Source: Methanothermobacter thermautotrophicus str. Delta H
GTDB lineage: Archaea; Methanobacteriota; Methanobacteria; Methanobacteriales; Methanothermobacteraceae
DNA: 32,000 bases
NCBI RefSeq assembly: GCF_000008645.1
Contig: NC_000916.1
Span: forward strand, 510,001 to 542,000
Direction: 5' to 3'
The notes beneath the pieces were generated by a model, which saw only the letters and a program-made list of their open reading frames with translations, ran no database searches and had not been told where the DNA came from. The position numbers and the translations under genes are program-made. Position 1 is the stretch's first letter; every line of letters begins with the position of its first letter. Shown one piece after another: positions 28,064 through 32,000 of the stretch.

Positions 28064-28915
28064 ATGATGAGGATCATAATGGTAACCGCAGGGAATTACG
28101 GTGCCAGGGTAGTTAACACCATGGCAGTTCACGGCCTCGCCCCACAGATTGTGGCCGTCTTCGACTACACAGGGGAGGGCGGGGATTTCCTCGATGACCC
28201 ATCATCCCTCCTCCCGGCCAGGACCCCTGATGCAGATCTAACCGTTGCAGCTGGACTTGGGGGTGACCTGAACCTTGTTGCAGCTGAGATAGCAGCTGAA
28301 TCAGGGTCAGGAGGTATCATAGTGGAATCACATGCCCCTGGCCAGCTACCTGATGGTCTGAGATCAGAGATAGACTCCCTGGTGGATTGTGCGATCTTCC
28401 CCACACCCTTCTGTTCCCTTGAACCCGTCGGGAACCCCCACATCGATGCCTTCGCATCCAGGTTCGGTAAACCTGAAGTTGAAATGGAGGGGAATGAAAG
28501 GGTGGTGTCGGTGAAGGTTAAAAGAAGCGCACCCTGCGGCTCCACCTTCTATGTTGCAGAGAACATAAGGGGGGTCCCCCTGGATGAGGTGGACGTGGCT
28601 GCAGGTGAAAAATTCCATAATTACCCCTGCCTGGCATCCATGGAGGTGGATCCACGCTTCGGGGATACACATCTACATGTGGCAGGTTACCTCACAAGGG
28701 AGGCCTTCAAGAGGGCCGCAGGGGTGCCGGGTGCCCATGCAGAGGTTGATCCCGAGGTCTGCAGGGGAGCTGAATGCGGATTCATCTGCATGGATGTTTG
28801 CCCCCTCGTGAGGTTATCCAGGGGGACGATAAGGAGGGGTGTGACCGCAGAGGTTGACCCATTCTCCTGCGGTGCCTGTGAGAAGTGCATGAGGGAATGC
28901 CCCTCAGGGCCATAA
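28064..28915 (+). CDS. DUF166-like protein with C-terminal ferredoxin-like cysteine clusters
   Basis: IIMVTAGNYGARVVNTM...; CRGAECGFICMDVCPLV and CGACEKCMRECP. Confidence 0.7.
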   Translation: MMRIIMVTAGNYGARVVNTMAVHGLAPQIVAVFDYTGEGGDFLDDPSSLLPARTPDADLTVAAGLGGDLNLVAAEIAAESGSGGIIVESHAPGQLPDGLRSEIDSLVDCAIFPTPFCSLEPVGNPHIDAFASRFGKPEVEMEGNERVVSVKVKRSAPCGSTFYVAENIRGVPLDEVDVAAGEKFHNYPCLASMEVDPRFGDTHLHVAGYLTREAFKRAAGVPGAHAEVDPEVCRGAECGFICMDVCPLVRLSRGTIRRGVTAEVDPFSCGACEKCMRECPSGP

Positions 28916-28957
28916 AAATGATGGGCCCCGGAAAAAAGATAATCAGGGGATGATAAT

Positions 28958-29740
28958 CTGAGTGGAAAGGAAACTCGAGATAATAAAACAGGAAGTGTCA
29001 TATTCATGGGGGCAGGGCCAGGAGACCCTGAACTCATAACACTGAAAGCTGTGCGCGCCCTCAGAGGGGCTGATGTTGTAATATACGCAGGTTCACTTGT
29101 AAACAGGGATATACTTGAATATGCGCCTGAAGATGCGGAGGTCCACAACAGCGCACACATGAACCTGGAGGAGATAACAGATATAATGGTGGAGGCCTGC
29201 AGGGCAGGTAAGACCGTTGCAAGGGTTCACACCGGTGACCCCTCAATCTACGGAGCCATAAAGGAACAGATAAGGGTTCTCGAGAAAAACAGCATACCCT
29301 ACACCATCATACCGGGTGTGAGTTCTGTCTTTGCAGCTGCAGCCACACTGAACACTGAGCTGACCCTCCCTGAGGTCTCCCAGACTGTCATAATAACAAG
29401 GCCCGCTGGAAGGACACCGGTACCTCCAGGTGAGGATCTTGAGGAGCTTGCAGTCCACGGGTCAACCATGTGCATCTTCCTGGGTGTTCATATGATAGAG
29501 GATGTTGCAGAAAAACTCATGACCCACTACCCGCCGGATACCCCTGTGGCCGTTGTTAAGAGGGCATCCTGGCCGGATGAAGAGGTTGTGAGGGGCACAC
29601 TGTCGGATATAGCTGAAAGGGTGAGGGCTGCCGGTATAAGTAAGACAGCCATGATCATTGTGGGGAGTGTGCTTGAACCAGGAGACTTCAAACCATCGAA
29701 ACTCTATGACGCCGGATTCAGCCATGAATACCGGCCCTGA
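28958..29740 (+). CDS. cbiF: cobalt-precorrin-4 C11-methyltransferase; possible CTG start
   Basis: VIFMGAGPGDPELITLKAVRALRGADVVIYAGSLVN...VHTGDPSIYGAIKEQ...PGVSSVFAAAATLNTELTLPEVSQTVIITR. Track start 29006 lies inside the first beta strand/GAGPGDP motif. Confidence 0.85.
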   Translation: MSGKETRDNKTGSVIFMGAGPGDPELITLKAVRALRGADVVIYAGSLVNRDILEYAPEDAEVHNSAHMNLEEITDIMVEACRAGKTVARVHTGDPSIYGAIKEQIRVLEKNSIPYTIIPGVSSVFAAAATLNTELTLPEVSQTVIITRPAGRTPVPPGEDLEELAVHGSTMCIFLGVHMIEDVAEKLMTHYPPDTPVAVVKRASWPDEEVVRGTLSDIAERVRAAGISKTAMIIVGSVLEPGDFKPSKLYDAGFSHEYRP

Positions 29741-29812
29741 AAATCCTCCTTTAGATCAGAAAAAATATCTGTGAAATATTTAGATGCTCAAAAAAGCTGA
29801 ATAATCCGGACA

Positions 29813-30196
29813 TCAGAAGGTAACAAGCTTTATGTGTTTCATTTTACCGCAGGCAAGGAATCTCTCTGCAAGTTCCCTGACCCTCATGGATTCGCCCTCA
29901 ATTATGAAGAGCTCGAGGCAGTTTCCATCCTTGAGGTGGCTGTGGAGCTGGGTGCCTATTATGTCCTCATAGTCATGCTTTATTTTGGTGACCAGGTCCT
30001 CCACCCTTCTCGGGTGTATGAGGAATAGCACAGCATTTATTTCACCATTTAATTCGTGAAGATTCCTTTTCTCATCGATAAGCATCCTTGCAGCTACCCT
30101 TATTACGTCTGACCTTCCCGAGAATCCCAGCTCATCCCTCAGGGCGTCTATCTCCTCCAGGAGCTTTTCACCGAGTGAAACACTGACAACCACCAT
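29813..30196 (-). CDS. NikR-like ribbon-helix-helix metal-responsive regulator
   Basis: N-terminal RHH ([36 protein letters not shown]) and H-x10-HxH-x5-C ligand set in [29 protein letters not shown]. Confidence 0.8.
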
Positions 30197-30235
30197 GGAA
30201 GATCCTATCTTAATAAATGTTTATATATTTTATGT

Positions 30236-30254
30236 TAAAATTTATTAAATTTTA
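30236..30254. promoter_or_regulatory. 19-bp AT-only palindrome in the NikR-like/ABC transporter divergent region
   Basis: T-AAAATTTA-T-TAAATTTT-A, perfect inverted repeat with 1-nt centre. Confidence 0.45.
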
Positions 30255-30312
30255 TCGTTTATATTAACAATTATTATATGGTTGCGTTGACATAACTTAA
30301 CAGGGTGGTTGG

Positions 30313-31200
30313 ATGGAGAGGTGGAAGCCAGGTCTAATTGCAGTCATAACCGTCGTATCGGTGGCCGCCATGTACCTCATAACATCCACAACATCACCCT
30401 GGAGCAGTGGAGATAACATTACAGTCGCTGTGACCATAATGCCCCAGAAGGAATTCGTGGAGGCCATCGCCGGTGACCGTGCAGAGGTGGTTGTCCTAGT
30501 ACCCGAGGGGGCCGACCCACACACCTATGAGCCAGAACCAGAAACCCTCAGGAAGGTTTCAGAGGCCAGGGCCTACTTCATAGTGGGATCAGGAATCGAG
30601 TTCGAAAACCACTACCTCAACAAGATAAGGAGCATGAACCCCCGGATGAGGATAATAAACACCTCAAGGGGTATAGAATTAATCCCAAACCAGGGAGAAG
30701 ACCATCATCCAGCCGAAAGCCCCTATGACCCCCACGTATGGACATCCCCAGGAAACGCCATGATAATGGTTAACAACACCATGAGGGGCCTGCAGGAAAT
30801 CGACCCCACCGGCAGCAGATACTACCAGGAAAACGCAGGCCTCTACACTGAAAAGCTCATGGACCTCGACTTCAGGATCAGGAAGGCCCTTGAAAAAAGG
30901 AGAGGAGAGAGCATGCTGGTTTACCATCCAGCATGGGGTTACTTCTGCAGGCAATACGGATTAAAACAGGTGGCGATTGAAAGAGAGGGGAAGGAACCAG
31001 GGCCAGGAACACTCTCCATGATAATCCAGGATGCCAGAGAAGGTGGTGTGAGGGTCATAATGGTATCACCCCAGTTCAGCAGAAAGAACGCCGAGCTTAT
31101 AGCCCGTGAAATAGGTGCAGAGGTCGTTGTGGTGGACCCCCTTGGTGGAAACTACACGAAAAATATTGAAGCAATAGCAGAGGCTCTGAGGAGGAAATGA
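30313..31200 (+). CDS. ZnuA-type (cluster A-I) metal ABC transporter substrate-binding protein
   Basis: VTIMPQKEFVEAIAGDRAEVVVLVPEGADPHTYEPEPETLRKVSEARAYFIVGSGIEFE; YDPHVWTSPGNA; VVVDPLGGNYTKN. Confidence 0.85.
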   Translation: MERWKPGLIAVITVVSVAAMYLITSTTSPWSSGDNITVAVTIMPQKEFVEAIAGDRAEVVVLVPEGADPHTYEPEPETLRKVSEARAYFIVGSGIEFENHYLNKIRSMNPRMRIINTSRGIELIPNQGEDHHPAESPYDPHVWTSPGNAMIMVNNTMRGLQEIDPTGSRYYQENAGLYTEKLMDLDFRIRKALEKRRGESMLVYHPAWGYFCRQYGLKQVAIEREGKEPGPGTLSMIIQDAREGGVRVIMVSPQFSRKNAELIAREIGAEVVVVDPLGGNYTKNIEAIAEALRRK

Positions 31201-31202
31201 AC

Positions 31203-31949
31203 ATGCTCGCCATTGAAATGGAGGATTTAAGCTACTGCATCAATGGTAGGGAGATACTCAGGAACATAAACCTGAAGGTGCCCATGGGGGAACTCCTTGC
31301 AGTTATCGGACCAAACGGTGGTGGTAAAACAACCCTTCTCAGACTCATAACAGGGCAGATCAAACCAACCAGAGGAACCGTCAGGGTTCTTGGAATGAAA
31401 CCAGAGGATTCAAGGTCAAGGATTGGCTACCTCCCCCAGAGGAGCCACTTTGAAACCGACTTCCCCATCAACATCCTCCAGACCGTTCTGATTGGAACCT
31501 ACAGGAGATTCGAGGCACCCACAGATGATGACAGGAAAAAGGCCCTCAGGGCCCTTAAAATGGTTGGAATGCTGGAATACAGGGACCGGAAGATAGGCGA
31601 ACTCTCAGGCGGAGAACTCCAGAGGGTATTCCTTGCAAGGGCTCTTGTAAGAGAACCGGACCTCCTGCTGCTTGATGAACCAACAGCAAGCGTAGACCCT
31701 GCATTCAGGGGTTCATTCTACAGGATAATCGATGAGCTGAGGGATGAAATGACCATAGTTATAGTATCCCATGACATAGGAACAGTGGCACGGCATGTGG
31801 ACAGTGTTGCCTGCCTCAACCACCGGCTTTTCGTGCATGGAACCGTTGAGGAGGCCCTAAAATGCATTGATGATGCTTACGGATGTCCCGTGGAGTTACT
31901 TGCACATGGAATACCCCATAGAGTTCTTGAAGATCATCCCGATGAATGA
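31203..31949 (+). CDS. ZnuC-type metal ABC transporter ATPase
   Basis: GPNGGGKTTLLRLITG (Walker A), LSGGELQRVFLARALVREPDLLLLDEPT (signature/Walker B). Confidence 0.9.
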   Translation: MLAIEMEDLSYCINGREILRNINLKVPMGELLAVIGPNGGGKTTLLRLITGQIKPTRGTVRVLGMKPEDSRSRIGYLPQRSHFETDFPINILQTVLIGTYRRFEAPTDDDRKKALRALKMVGMLEYRDRKIGELSGGELQRVFLARALVREPDLLLLDEPTASVDPAFRGSFYRIIDELRDEMTIVIVSHDIGTVARHVDSVACLNHRLFVHGTVEEALKCIDDAYGCPVELLAHGIPHRVLEDHPDE

Positions 31950-32000
31950 TTGAAATGCTGAATTCCCGGTATCCGAGTACAATGAGAAGATGACAGCATC

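Overview
This 32-kb window reads as a methanogen (Methanothermobacter-like) chromosome segment with dense, tightly packed genes. Housekeeping content I can recognise: aroD 3' end, an S26 signal peptidase-like protein, an HtpX-type M48 protease (frameshifted), pantoate kinase, the archaeal shikimate entry pair (ADH synthase and 3-dehydroquinate synthase II), thpR, archaeal cca, priS/priL, metG, a DUF530-like protein, a GT4 glycosyltransferase, cbiF, and a NikR-like regulator divergent from a ZnuA/ZnuC-type metal ABC transporter. The most interesting region is 21.1-26.3 kb on the minus strand. Two pilin-like membrane proteins (one with a class III prepilin-type motif that lacks an in-frame start) are followed by a Roadblock/LC7 protein, a fusion of a P-loop-degenerate KaiC/RadA-like domain with a Ras/Arf/MglA-like GTPase, two tandem KaiC-like ATPases and a TPR protein. 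A duplicated 20-bp TATA-containing element (40-bp period) lies directly upstream of the Roadblock gene. I propose this as a candidate regulatory or surface-appendage switch system. Other points: several single-nucleotide frameshifts, two genes whose conserved N-termini lie upstream of any ATG/GTG/TTG, duplications anchored at gene 3' ends, an AT-rich possibly foreign cassette (3.4-5.4 kb), a decayed paralog at 27.3-27.7 kb, and an unlisted small ORF upstream of priL.
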